DNA of 64,000 nt from Mobula hypostoma (lineage: Eukaryota). Positions 25,904 to 37,974 of the stretch are shown here, piece after piece (the first letter of the stretch is position 1; the number at the start of each line of letters is the position of its first letter). The notes under the pieces are model-generated. The model worked only from the letters and a program-made list of their open reading frames with translations. It was not told the origin of the DNA and ran no database searches. Position numbers and translations under genes: made by a program. The DNA is taken from assembly GCF_963921235.1 (NCBI RefSeq), contig NC_086107.1, forward strand, positions 103,728,001 to 103,792,000, read 5' to 3'.

Positions 25904-26086
25904 CTGGGACGTTTGGCATTTTGAAGCGGGCCCTGGTCTTCGGGTGCGGTTCGAACTGAAAGGGGCAAGGTGTAGGGAGTTTGAGCTCAGTGATAGATTG
26001 TGGACAAGGCGCTGGTGAACCAATGTCAGGGAGAAGAGCTGACTAAGAGGTGTGGATGGAACACACGGACGGCTATCAGGATCTCC
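25904..26086 (-). CDS. Neurotensin-like precursor, coding exon 3 (predicted)
   Basis: ttctgatcctgtattgtcatgcgtag|gga ... cag|gtagat; 183 bp open, phase 0-0; GDPDSRPCVPSTPLSQLFSLTLVHQRLVHNLSLSSNSLHLAPFSSNRTRRPGPASKCQTSQ; TLVHQRLVHNLS weakly resembles human NTS TLLNVCSLVNNLN. Confidence 0.6.
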
Positions 26087-26544
26087 CTACGCATGACAAT
26101 ACAGGATCAGAAGGTACAACATCCAGTGAGTGGCCGTTCTGTGTGTGAAAATGCCTTGTTAGTGAGAGCGGTCAGAGGAGAATGGACAGATTGGTTCAAG
26201 CTGACAGGAAGGCGACTGTAACTCAGGTAACCTCGCATTACAACAGTCCTGAAGAAGGATCTTGGCCTGAAACGTCTATCCACTTCCGTACATGCCGCCT
26301 GGCCTGCTGAGCTCCTCCAGCATTTTGTGTGTGTTGCGTTACAACAGTGGTGTGCAGAAGAGCAGTTCTGAATGCATAACACGTCAAACCTTGAAGGGGG
26401 AGGGCTACAGGAGCAAAAGGCCATGAGCATGCTCTCAGTGGCCAATCTATTAGGTACAGGAGGTAATAAAGTGGCCAGCGATTGTACATTTGCCTTCTAA
26501 TTACATTCTCCCGCAGAGAGTGAAATCGATAAACGTATACTCAC

Positions 26545-26603
26545 GTGCGGGTTTTGCAGACCCTCACTGTAATCTTGTGTCATCACTGAAGGCAGCTGGA
26601 GTT
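26545..26603 (-). CDS. Neurotensin-like precursor, coding exon 2 (predicted)
   Basis: gtcttgttcgtttttatccag|aa ... cac|gtgagt; 59 bp; only the phase 1 to 0 frame is open: (E)LQLPSVMTQDYSEGLQNPH; size and phase resemble the short NTS exon 2. Confidence 0.7.
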
Positions 26604-28152
26604 CTGGATAAAAACGAACAAGACGTACGTCAAGGTGAGGGAGCGTTTGAATCGCACAGGCAGAGACAAGGCCTTCGACGATCTGCCGCCAGCTTTCAAT
26701 GGGTTACTTCAGACGTCTTGGCATTAGGTTTCACCAGCTCCAATCACCGGTCTGCCTGTTCTGATTCAGATTTACTTATCACGTGTACTGTACATCGAAA
26801 CATACGGTGAAATGTGTTCTTTGCATTAACAACCGCTTGGCAAAACAACACAGACAAGATTGTTTAATGCCACTTCCAGTACACAAGTGTAAAGGAGAAC
26901 AAAATAATTATTACTCCGGGTCTGATGTAGCTCCAAAAAAACACTTTCCGATAAAGAACACAATAATAGTAAAAGCTCAGGATAGCTTATATTCATAGGT
27001 AGATTGTATGTCCATAAATGACACTAGGCACAGGAGTGTCTGGGCATAATGTGTCCGACAGGAAATGATAAATAATGGTGGTGGGGTGTGTGGAGGGGTG
27101 GATTAATGGGTGGAGATGTAGATCAGCCACACTGCTCGGGGAAAGCAATTGTTTTTGTGTCTGGCGTGAATATGGTGCAGTCTCCTCCCTGATGGGACTG
27201 GGACAAACAGCCCATCAGCAGTGTGGGTGGGTGTACTATTCTATGTTCTATGAAACTAAAGAATCTTTGACTTATTTGAACTAATAGTTATTAATAAAGA
27301 ATGATATTTGTCAGGCAAAGTCACTTGCCCTTTCATTGAACTGTTCGCACCACCAATGGACTTGGTTTCAATGACTCGTCATCTCATGTCCTCAATATTT
27401 ATTGCTTATTTCCCTATATTATTGTTTCTTATTTTGTATTTGCAGTTGGTTGTCTTCTGCACTCCGGCTGATCACCCTAGTTTGGTGGCCTTTCATTGAC
27501 TCTTTTATAGTTACTATTCTATAGATGTGTTGAGTATGCCCACAAGAAAATGAATCCCAGGGTTGTATATATGTATTTTGATAGTAAAATTTACTTTGAG
27601 CTTTGAACTTTAACCAATACGTCTTTGGACTGTGGGAGGAAACTGGAGCACCCGGAGGGAACCCATGTGGTCACAGGGAAAGCATGCAAATTCCTTACAG
27701 ACAGTGGCAAGAATTGAACCCCAGTCACTGGTGCAGTAAAACGATGTGCTAACCACTATACCACCGGAGATTACCGTATGTCCTGGGTCTGTGCTGAACC
27801 AAACCAAAACAAAGACGCAAGAGACCGCAGATGCGGCCTCTCTTTTCTGCCCTTCAAGCTATGCCCACTCTGAAGAAGGCTTCCTGCCCTCTCCAACAGG
27901 AGCTCTGTGAGACCCTCTCTCACTGCTCCTCCTCTGTGGTTTCTGCTGCCGTCCTGCTCTTCGACCACACTCTCACCCAGACTCACCAATCCCGGCCCCG
28001 GTACTTGTCCAGATCCTCAACACAGGAATAGGAACAGGCCCTCGATGTCTGTGCCAAGCATGATGCCAAATTAATCTAAATCTCTTCTGCCTGCAGATGA
28101 TCTCTATCCCTCCATTCCCTGCGTATTCCCATGTCTATATAAAAGCCATTAT

Positions 28153-31100
28153 TGTTGTGTCTATTCACAACTACATATCAATTAAGTAAAAGCACGCACG
28201 CGGGAGATGGCTTTAACTGGTGTATTCGCATAGCAGCATGAGAGAGAACAATACACATGTGTAGACAACAGCACATGCGCAGACGGTAGATCAATATGTA
28301 GTGCCAGGGGGTGGGGGTGATCATTGCTCTAAAAGAAATAGATCCATACATTACACTTCCTCCCCCTTTGGATTAATGTAACGTAAACCCGATTATGTAC
28401 CAAAACAATCAATTTCCCTTTCATAAGCCAATATTCCAAATAAACGTGCTTTCACAGTAACAGTCCATAACTAACTTCACAGTTCTAAAGGTTCAGTCTT
28501 TTGGGGGGCGCTTTGTTTCTTTAAGGACATCGCCTCTGGACCAGTGGAGTGGATCAGGTTTGGTAGGTGTCTTGTCTAAGACAATGCTCTCGGTTTCCCT
28601 TGCCACGTTGCTGTCGGTGACATGATCATCACTGAGAGGTAAGTCAGTGGCTGTAATGTGTCCTTCTTGTTGGATGTAGTCGACTCAGGTGTGTTCTTTG
28701 ATTGAGCGTCCAGCATCTGGTCCACATGACGTCTTCATGTCTGATCTCCAATATTAGATTAGATTAGATTATGAGGACGTGCAGTCCTCATTTATTGTCA
28801 TTTAGTAATACATGCATTAAGAAATGATACGATGTTCCTCCGGTGTGATATCACAGAAACACAAGACAGACCAAGACTGAAACTGACAAAACCACATAAT
28901 TATAACATATAGTTACAACAATGCAAAGCAATACCGTAATTTGATAAAGAATAGACCATGGACACGGTAAAAAAAAAGTCTCAAAGTCCCGATAGCCCCA
29001 TCATCTCATGCAGACGGTAGAAGGAAGAGAAACTCTCTCCCTGCCATGAACCTCCAGCGCCGCAAACTTGCCAATGCAGCACCCTGGAAGCACCGACCAC
29101 AGCCGACTCTTGAGTCTGTCCGAAAACTTCGAGCTTCTCCGACCAGCCCTCCGACACCGAGCACCGAGCACCATCTCTGCCGAGCGTTTTGACCCCGGCC
29201 CCGGCCGCCGAGCAACAGGCAAAGCCGAGGACTTGGGACCTTCCCCTCCGGAGATTCTGGATCACACAGTAGCAGCGGCAGCGAAACAGGCATTTCAGAA
29301 GTTTCACCAGATGTTCTTCCATGCTTCTCACGTCTGTCTCCATCAAATCAGGATTGTGTATGGCATCCTACTTAACAAATAACAGATATTCATTCCGGAG
29401 TGGCAGCTGCACGCTGCGTCGCGCCGCCATCTTCTCTTCACTGTATACATCAGTGGTCCAGTTCTTATAGCTATCCCGCCAGGTATGCACTTGTCTTCTC
29501 GGTAATCATGTGCTGGGACTTCCTGTCCAATCACGAATCTCCTTGCTGGTTGTCTTAGCAACTGGCTGAGCTGTTTATTCTGCACTTCCCTCCTTAGATC
29601 TGCTTCAGGAGGTCTATGCGAGATCTCAGATGCCTGTACGTGAACAGCATTACTGGTGTTTGATTTATCATCACATGGACAGAATTCCAATACACAAAAG
29701 GAAGTTGTCCACCTTGTGCTGTAGAGAAATATCCTCCTTGTCCATTGCTTTAATGGATTTCTTGAAGGTTTAGATAAACCTTTCAGTGAACCCATTCGTT
29801 GTTGGGTGGTGAAGAGCTGATTAGAAATGTCTGAGACCATTTTTCTTCATGAACAGTCGGAGTTCTTCTGATGTGTATTGTGGTCTATTGTCACTCACTA
29901 TTTGTTCTGGTAAGCCATTTCTGGCGAAGATCATCCTCAGAGTGGAAACAGTCTTTGCTGAGGTGGTTGACTTCATTGGTATAACCTCCAGTCACTTTGA
30001 ATGAGCATCCACAATATTTCAAGATAACATTGTGTTCCTGGGGTATCTTGGAGCACTTGGTGCATTGCTCTTTGCCAAATTGCTGGAGCTGATGCGATGC
30101 CAAAGACAAGGTGATTATACTGGAACAGTCCCTTGTGAGTGTTGATTGTCAGGAACTTCCTGCTTGTCTCCTCAATCTCCATTTGCAGATAGGCTTGTGA
30201 CAAGTAAATCTTTGAAAACCTCTCCCCACCTGCCAACGATGCAAAGATGTCTTCTATTCGTGACAAGGAGTACTGCACCGTACACAGCACTGGGTTGATG
30301 CTCACCTTGAAATCCCCACATATGTGAACGGCCCCGGCCTTCCCTGTCTTGATCACCGGGACAATGGGCACAGCCCAATCTCTCCACTCAACCTTGGAGA
30401 GAATTCCAGATGCCTCTGAGCTCTGCAGTTCAGCGTCCACCTTAGGATGTAATGTGTAAGGCACGGGACATGCTTTATGCCTTGGAATCTTGGTGGTGCT
30501 GTTTCATCCAGTTCAACTCTGGTCTTCATGCCTTTGAGTTTACCAATCCCCTTCTCATCAGCATTAAGCAGTTGTTCCAGTCTCTGTTTAGTGCTACCAT
30601 TTGGGCTGCCATTGCCTGTTGATATTACACTGAGAGCTTTGATTGAGTGCCGGTGTAGGTGGATTTTTCTCAATTCACATCCAAAAAGAGCTGGCCTTCC
30701 ACCTTTCAATACATGAAGCTCTAACTGCTGTGTTTGGCCTCCATACATCACATTTACTTTCAGGTTGTCTTTGGGAGGCACTTTTTCACTTGTGTAAGTC
30801 TTTAGCGTCACTGAGGTCTTCTCTCATGGTATCTCAGAAAACAGTCTATTGTAGTCAGCCTCTGGAATTATGGACAAAGTGGACCCTATATCCAGCTCCA
30901 TTTTCAGTTTTACACCAGACACATCTATTGTGATCCGTATTATACTGTGATCTGCTTCAGTTATGCTATGCAGCTTTAGGCATGACAGCTCACCCTATGT
31001 TGTCTGATTCTGTTTTACATTCAGTAACTTTATGCATTTGCTTAGTTTTGTGTTTGAGACTTTTCTCTCAGTTGTGCTTTTTGTCTGCCTTGCACACTCG

Positions 31101-32155
31101 CTCTATGTGACCTTGTTTGTGACACTTTCTGCCTATTTTTTTTCTTTGAGCCATCAGTCTTTTGCATCATGGGAGGATTTGCCACATCAATAACGTTTTT
31201 GGCTTTTTGCACCATGCAGGGACATTTTGTACAATTCACATTCTAACTTCCTTTTCTGTAGTTCTGCCGCAGCCTTTGCTTCAGTTTCTAATCATATTGT
31301 GATGGTCAATGCCTGTTCTAAATTTAGGTCTCTTTTGGATAATAGCCTCTTTTGAGAGCTTTGACTATGCATGCCACATGCGAGCCTGTCCCTTAATGCA
31401 CCAGAAGGTCCATCTCTAAAGTCACAGTACTGTACTGGGAAAGTTTGTGCAGTTCTGCAATGTATTCAGAAGGCTTTCATCTTTTGACTGGTTCCTTTGG
31501 TAAAATCTAAATCTCTCAGTTATTACCAGCAGTTTAAGGCTCAAGTGATTTTGTAAAACTGTGACAATTCCATCGAGCGTCTTGCTTGCTGGCTTTTCAG
31601 GGGTTACTAGGCTGCATAAGAGACTGTATGCTCTTGGGCCCATTAAGCTGAGAAGTGTAGGGGCTTTCTTTCACTCCTCCACTTTGTTCATGTTACAATA
31701 CAGTTCAACCCTCTCCCAGCCTTCATTAGCGCTATCAGATTCATCAACTTTCCCGACTGAGTCCATCGCCACGTTATTTTCACTTCAAATTCAGTGCGTC
31801 TTTTGCGGTTAGTTACGTGTTCCTTTGAGAGTGTCCGTGACAGCTTTCTCGTGCTGTTTAACTCTCTCCGTTTTGTCCCATAACTGTCGGTGCAGTTTGT
31901 AATATTTCCTGACATTCAGGTTTGTACATGTCACCAATCTGTTGTGTCTGTGCACAACTACATACGTATTAAATAAACGTATGCACGCGGGAGATGGTTT
32001 TAACTGGTTGCAGCGAGCGAGCGAGAGAGAGAGAGAGAACAACTTGCATGTGTAGACAACAGCACATGCACAGACAATAGATCAATACATGGTGCTAAGG
32101 TTGGGGGGGTGGGGGTGGAGTCATTTCTCTAAAAGAAGTGGATCCATTCATTACA
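28153..32155 (-). mobile_element. Gypsy LTR retrotransposon, degraded, both LTRs present
   Basis: LTRs tgttgtgtc...cattaca at 28153-28355 and 31940-32155; 5-bp TSD attat on both sides; PBS-like tggtgaca (minus) near 31929-31936; PPT beside 28356; gag remnant (31422..31643) and RT remnant WAVPIVPV..ICGDFK..INP..FGIASAPAIWQRAM (29973..30464). Confidence 0.9.
28754..29436 (-). mobile_element. Young non-autonomous retroelement with (TCTAA)n tail, nested in the Gypsy element
   Basis: 5' end aagatggcggcgcg, 3' stem-loop gaggac...gtcctc and atctaatctaatct tail; highly similar copies at 32745-33358, 58384-59040, ~60446-60839 and ~63295-63795. Confidence 0.8.
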
Positions 32156-32744
32156 ATTATCCATCACCAGCCCAGGCAATGGGTTCCAGGCACCTAACAT
32201 ACTCTGTGCAGAAAACTGACCCCTCACATCTCCATTAGACGCAGGAGCAGAATTAGACCATTCAGCCCATCGAGTCTGCTCTGCCATTACATCATGGCTG
32301 ATCCATTTCCCTCTCATCACCTTTAAACTATTCCCCTCTCACCCTCAACCTGTGACCTGTGGTGTTTGACATTCTGCTCTGGAGATAAGACTCTCACTAT
32401 CTACATTATCTGTGTCTTTCATAATTTTATAAACCTCTCCGTCAGATTCACCCCTCAGCCTCTGATGTTAGAGAAAACAAACGAAGTTTGTCCAACCTCT
32501 TCCTATGGTTAATACTCTCCATTATAGGCCACGTCCTTGTGACCTTCTTTTCTGCCCCCTCTCCAAAGCTTCCTCAACCTTCTGGCAGTAGGGTCCAGAA
32601 CTCCACACTATGACATTAAGGTGCTGGAGGGATTGAATAAAATGGTTCTAGGGATGGGAAGCTCAGTCAATGAGGTTAGACTGGATTTGTTCTCACTGTG
32701 ACAGACAAGGAGATCAGATAGCGTTACTTAAACGGCGGGAGGAG

Positions 32745-33358
32745 AAGATGGCGGCGCGCCGTGCGTGCGCAGCTCTCCAGTGAAAAATGATGTCGTATCT
32801 GTTAAATAGGGGCCGTGGACAATTCTGATTTGATGGAGAATGGACGTGAAATCACAGAGGAACATTTGGAGAAATTTCTGAAACGCCCGTCCGCTGCTGT
32901 CGTTACTGTGTGGTCGGGAATCTTTCGGAGGGTAGGCCTCAAAGTCCCCGGTCTTGCCTGCTTTTGGCGACTGAGAAGGAGGTCGAATCGTTTGGACAGA
33001 GATGGTGCTCAGTACTCAGTGTCGGAGAGCTGATCAGAGCTCGAAGTTTTCGGATGACTCAGAGTCGGATTGTGGTCGGCATGGCAGGGAGAGTTTTTCT
33101 TCCCTCTCCCGTCTGCGTGAGATGTGGGACATTTGAGAAACTTTGAACTTTACTGTGCTCACGGACTTCTTCATCAAGTTATGGTATTGTGCAGTGTTTG
33201 TAACTATATGTTATAATTATGTGGTTTTGTCAGTTTTTTCAGTCTTGGTCTGTCCTGTGTTTTGTGATATCACACTGGAGGAAATAATGTATCATTTCTT
33301 AATACATGCATTACTAAATGACAATAAAAGGGGACTACGTGTCTTCATAATCTAAAAT
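32745..33358 (+). mobile_element. Copy of the (TCTAA)n-tailed non-autonomous retroelement
   Basis: Same 5' aagatggcggcg head and 3' gacaataaa...cataatctaa end as 28754-29436. Confidence 0.8.
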
Positions 33359-34029
33359 CATTAAGGATCTAGACCAGGGGTTCCCAGCCTTTTTGATACC
33401 ATGGACCAATAGGTCCATGGACCCCAGGTTGTGGACCCCTGGTCTACAGAGAGGAGGGAGAAGGAAACTGCTCCCATTGGGGGAGGGGGCCAGGACAGTG
33501 GGGGGGGGGGGCATAGAATGATTGTGATTGGCAAGTGACCCCTAAGTCATATGAGGAAACATTTTGATATCCTGGGAAGTGTTTGAAGTCTGGTTACACC
33601 ACCATGGCAGGTAGGAGAGGTAGATTCAATAGCAGTGTTCAAAAGGGAGCTGGAGAAACATCAGGAAGGGAGGAGTGTGCAAGGCAGGGGAGTGGGACAA
33701 TTTCCTGGAGAGAGTCAGCACTGACTTGATTCATGAAGCAACCTCTTCCATGGTACCACGCTTTTTTTAAATGTCAACTTTCTCCGCTCTAAAGGTGAAC
33801 AATCTCAGATAGTCTCAGCTATCTCGGTATGGCTCATCCTCAGATCTAATCTCTTTGCATCCTCCAGAGCACGTACGTCTTCCCTGCCGTGAGATGTTCA
33901 GATGTGGACCCAATGGTCCGGCTGGAGCCCAATTACCCAATGTGTGTGAGGCAGGGAGGCGATGTGGAAAGTGTGAACAGCCACATCACTGACTGCCAGT
34001 TAGATCTCGTGATCCTGTTCTTCACCCTT

Positions 34030-34685
34030 CCCACACTGTCTCTGCACTGGATCACTGGATCACCGGGGCACTGGATTACTGTCTCTAACTGGCTCGCCGT
34101 CCCTACACTGGGTCACTGCTCCTAAACTGTTTCAATCCTGCTTCACTGCCTCTACACTGGATAACTACCACTACGCTGGCTCGCTCCTCCAAGAGGACCA
34201 CTACCTTGTCGTAGGGTTTGGAGGCTTGGATGCCTCAGTGACCCAGAGAGCTACGCTGGCTGGAGTCAGGGCTTTATGGTTTGGCTTTTGGTAGGGTCAC
34301 CATGCCAAACGGGTCAAAGGGGAGCGGCCAGACCATGAGTGGTCCACCAGTCCTCCAGGTTTGGGGGTTGAGCTCAGGGCTAACAGCCCTGACTGGTAAA
34401 AAAGCAAAATTGTTATGGAAACAGTCCGAAGAATCCTTATACATCTGAGTGCGACTGTATGGACAGAGAGAGATGGAGGACCTTCATTGCTGCCATAAAT
34501 GCCAGCGGTGTAATGGCAGTAAGCAGACACTGGATTGGATTACTGATTCTATCCCACGCCCCTGCCTTTATACTGGCTCACTGCCCCACTCTGGATCACA
34601 GCCCCTACACTGAATCACTGCCTTTCACTGGCCCAGTACTCAGCATTTCCTCAGGAATTACACTGGTTCACTGCCCCAGTGACAG
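34030..34685. repeat. Degenerate minisatellite (ccctacactggatcactg-like units) interrupted by an interspersed repeat at ~34195-34525
   Basis: Repeated cactggatcactg / tacactgg units on both sides; the inserted repeat is homologous to ~8725-8908. Confidence 0.6.
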
Positions 34686-34992
34686 AGTCCCTGTCCAGAT
34701 GACGTCAGTGGGGAATGAAATTCAGTAGGCCGCAGCTGGGGTTTGACGTGTTACCACCTCAAAGATGAGGCTGTGGAGGGATTTACTAAAATGGTTCTAG
34801 GGATGGAACTCTAGAACCTCCAATCACCTCCACAACCTATGGCTCAGAGATGTTCACGGCCAGGCAGCTGGGAGGTAAGACCGGTGAAATGTACCCAGGT
34901 TGGTGTATTCAGAGGTTCTTGTTCCTCAGTTAAAGACCTTCCCATTTAGCCTCCCCTGCCCTGTCCCCTACAGCCCACAGCAAGGCTCTCAC

Positions 34993-35053
34993 CTGTGGAA
35001 ACTCTGAGCATTCCTGCCAAGATTCCGATCACCCACAGCGGGTAGAAATTCAT
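34993..35053 (-). CDS. Neurotensin-like precursor, coding exon 1 (signal peptide)
   Basis: Acceptor ctttgtgtttgtatttccag| at 35064, Kozak accgccATGa, MNFYPLWVIGILAGMLRVST+g, donor cag|gtgaga in phase 1, compatible with the 59-bp exon; hydrophobic core typical of a signal peptide. Confidence 0.75.
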
Positions 35054-35519
35054 GGCGGTTACACCTGGAAATACAAACACAAAGTGACCAGTCAGCCAGG
35101 AAGTTGCCAACATTCGACATTGGTATGACATTGTGGGGACCAGCGTGGCAATATCGAGGGTGTGATTCCCTGCTTGTTAAACAGCAGGACACAGGGTCTA
35201 AACTAGGTTTGTCAGAAACTTTCTGGAGCTCATCAGATTTTACTGATGAGGGACACTGGAGTTGGTAAGGACAACTTGTCCAGTCCCAACCATCACCCTC
35301 CTGGTACAGTCTGGCAGGCTCGAGACTTCACTGTGCTGAACCAGTAGATGTTCTGGGCTCACCATTGTCATTATGTGCTGTGTCAATTATTATCTATTCC
35401 AGACTATTGCATGTTATTTCTGCTGATACCTCAACACTCTTAATTCCACTTTTTCTTAACATACTGAATCCCTAAAAATTTATTTTCTAGTGAACCAGGT
35501 AAGGTGAAAGGGTAAGTTT

Positions 35520-36440
35520 CGCAACTTCCACCGTTTCCAACGGGATCACAACACCAAGCACATCTTTCCTTCCTCCCCCCCACTTTCTGCTTTCCGCAGG
35601 GATCGCTCCCTACGCGACTCCCTTGTCCATTCGTCCCTCCCCACTGATCTCCCTCCTGGCATTTATCCTAACAGCGGAACAAGTGCCACACCTGCCCCTA
35701 CACCTTCTCCCTCACTACCATTCAGGGCCCCAAACAGTCCTTCCCAGGTGAGGTGGCACTTCGCCTGTGAGTCTGTTGGGGTAATTTACTGTGTCCGGTG
35801 CTCCCGGTGTGACCCGACGTAGATTGGGACACTGTTTCACCAAGTGCCTGAAGAAGTGAGATCTCCCAGTGGCCACTCATTTTAATTCCATTTCCCATCC
35901 CCATTCCGATATGTCCATCCATGTCCTCCTCCACCGTCGTGATGAGGCCACACTCAGGGTGGAGGAACAACACCTTATATTCTGTCTGGGTAGCCTCCAA
36001 CCTGATGGCATGAACATCGACTTCTCTAACTTCTGGTAATGCCTGCCCAACACCCCCCCCCCCACCCACCCACCACCATTCCCCATCCCCATTCCCCTCT
36101 CTCACCTTATCTCCTTGCCCACCCATCGTCTCCCTCTGGTGCTCTTCCCCATTTTCTTTCTTCCATGGCCTTCTGTCCTCTCCCATCAGATTCCCCCTTC
36201 TCCAGCCCTGTATCTCTTTCACCAATCAACTTCCCAGCTCTTTACTTCATCACGCCCCCTTCAGGTTTCACCTGTCACCTTATGCTTCTCTCTCTCCTCC
36301 CTCCCCACCTTCTAACTCTGACTCCTCAGCTTTTTTTCTCCAGTTCTGCAGAAGGGTCTCGGCCTAAAACGTCGACTGTACGTTTTTCCGTAGATGCTGC
36401 CTGATCTGCTGAGTTCCTCCAGCATTTTGTGTGTGTTGCT
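35520..36440 (+). mobile_element. Penelope-like element 3' part
   Basis: Degraded GIY-YIG coding segment homologous to 53373..53666 followed by a pyrimidine-rich tract and terminal repeat. Confidence 0.8.
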
Positions 36441-36611
36441 TAAGTTGAAAGGAGCTTTGTTGTTAAATCGCAAAATCATAAGACCTAGGAGCTGAATTAG
36501 GCCATTCGGCCCATCGAATCTGCTTCACCATTGCATCATGGTTGATATATTTTCCCTCTCAACTCATCCCTGTTCTCCCCATAACCTCTGATGCCTTTAC
36601 TAATCATCATG

Positions 36612-36870
36612 GAAGTGTAGTGGTTAGCACAGAGCTTTACAGTACCAGCGACCCAGGTTCAATTCTGGCCACTGACTGTTAGGAGTTTGTACGTTCTCCC
36701 CGTGACCACGTGGGTTTCCTCCGGGTGCTCCGGTTTCCTCCCACAGTCCAAAGACATACCGGTTGGTAGGTTAATTGGTCATTGTAAATTGTCCCGTGAT
36801 TAGGCTAGGATTAAATTGCTAGGCAGCACAGCTCAAAGGGCCAGTAGGGCCTACTCCACACTGTATCTCT
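36612..36870 (+). mobile_element. tRNA-derived SINE (V-SINE/HE1-like)
   Basis: gtagtggttagcac...ggttcaattc A/B boxes and core gtgggtttcctccgggtgctccggtttcctcccacagtccaaagac; relatives at ~27610-27765, 38615-38910, 41320-41530, 50228-50480. Confidence 0.7.
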
Positions 36871-37974
36871 ATAGATAATAATAAATAAATAACCAAAAAT
36901 CTATCAACCTACATTTAAATGTATCCAATGACTTGGCCTCCACAGCCGTCTGTGGCAATGAATTCACCACCCTCTGGTTAAAGAAATTCCTCCTCATCTC
37001 TCTTCTAATAGGACGTCCTCTATTCTGTGTCTGTGCCTTCTGGTCCTAGACTCTCCCAGTACTGGAAATATCCCCTGCACGTCCAACCAATCTAAGCATT
37101 TCAATATTCGTCAGCTTTCCATAGTGAGTTAACAGGGAGAGTTGTAAACAGTACTTGGTGAGCCATCCGAAGAGTTGGACAGCAAATTTTTGCAAACAGA
37201 AGAGATTCTGCAGATGCTGGAAGCCCAGAGTAACACAAACACAAAATGCCAGAGGAACTCAGCAGGTCAGGCAGCATCCATGGAGAGGAATAAGGAGCCA
37301 ACATTTTGGACTGAGACCATTCAACAAATTACCACAATTTTTACTGTACTCCAATTTGCTGTTCCCTCTAAGTTGAGTGGGTAATGGCCACGCAGTAACA
37401 GAAATGCTCCCACGCACATAGCCTTTGTTGCCATGCAGATGGAATTTTATTTTATATAATGTCAATATAATTTTGAAATTATTGTTAATATAATTAAGAA
37501 GTACCCTATAATTAATTACGTTAATAGAATTTTATTGTCATTGCTCAAGACAATGATACGGAAGTGTAACTGCAGTCCATGCAAAACATGTATTTACAAT
37601 GCATGCAGTATGGTTTAATTTTTTTAAATCCTCATATTTACATGCAACAAGTTACTTTGATAGTCCAAAACACTCAAAGGCCATTGGCAAGCTGGGGTGT
37701 AGCTACACAACAGTCCTCGGGAAGAAGATGTTTTTCAGTCTTACTGTCTTGGTGTTTCTGTATCTTGTACCCGATGGCAGGAGATTGAACAGACAGTGTC
37801 CGAGATGGGATATGTCTTTAATAATGTTACGAGCATGCCATAGGCATCAAGAGTTGTAATGAATATGTAATACATAAATTTTCTAAATATTACACGTACT
37901 GCAACCTTTATTTTGAAACATGTTAGACCTTCAACATACTTACATCGTCAGTATTTCAAGTTACAACCCTGTTA

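Noticed and set aside
25904..25955. Shorter exon 3 using the internal acceptor cccctttcag| at 25955
   Set aside because: A 52-bp exon would shift the frame and lose the PYIL peptides; the 183-bp version preserves phase 0-0.
25904..26086. Two cysteines 49 residues apart, the same spacing I recall for human NTS exon 3
   Set aside because: Conflicts with the local TL...LVxNL alignment and may be coincidence; not used as evidence.
27775..27990. Possible extra exon(s) of the neurotensin-like gene (donors acg|gtaatc at 27775 and ttg|gtgagt at 27987; hydrophobic VSCVFVLVWFS frame)
   Set aside because: No in-frame ATG, poor polypyrimidine tracts, and the four-exon model is already phase-consistent without it; RNA-seq could revive it.
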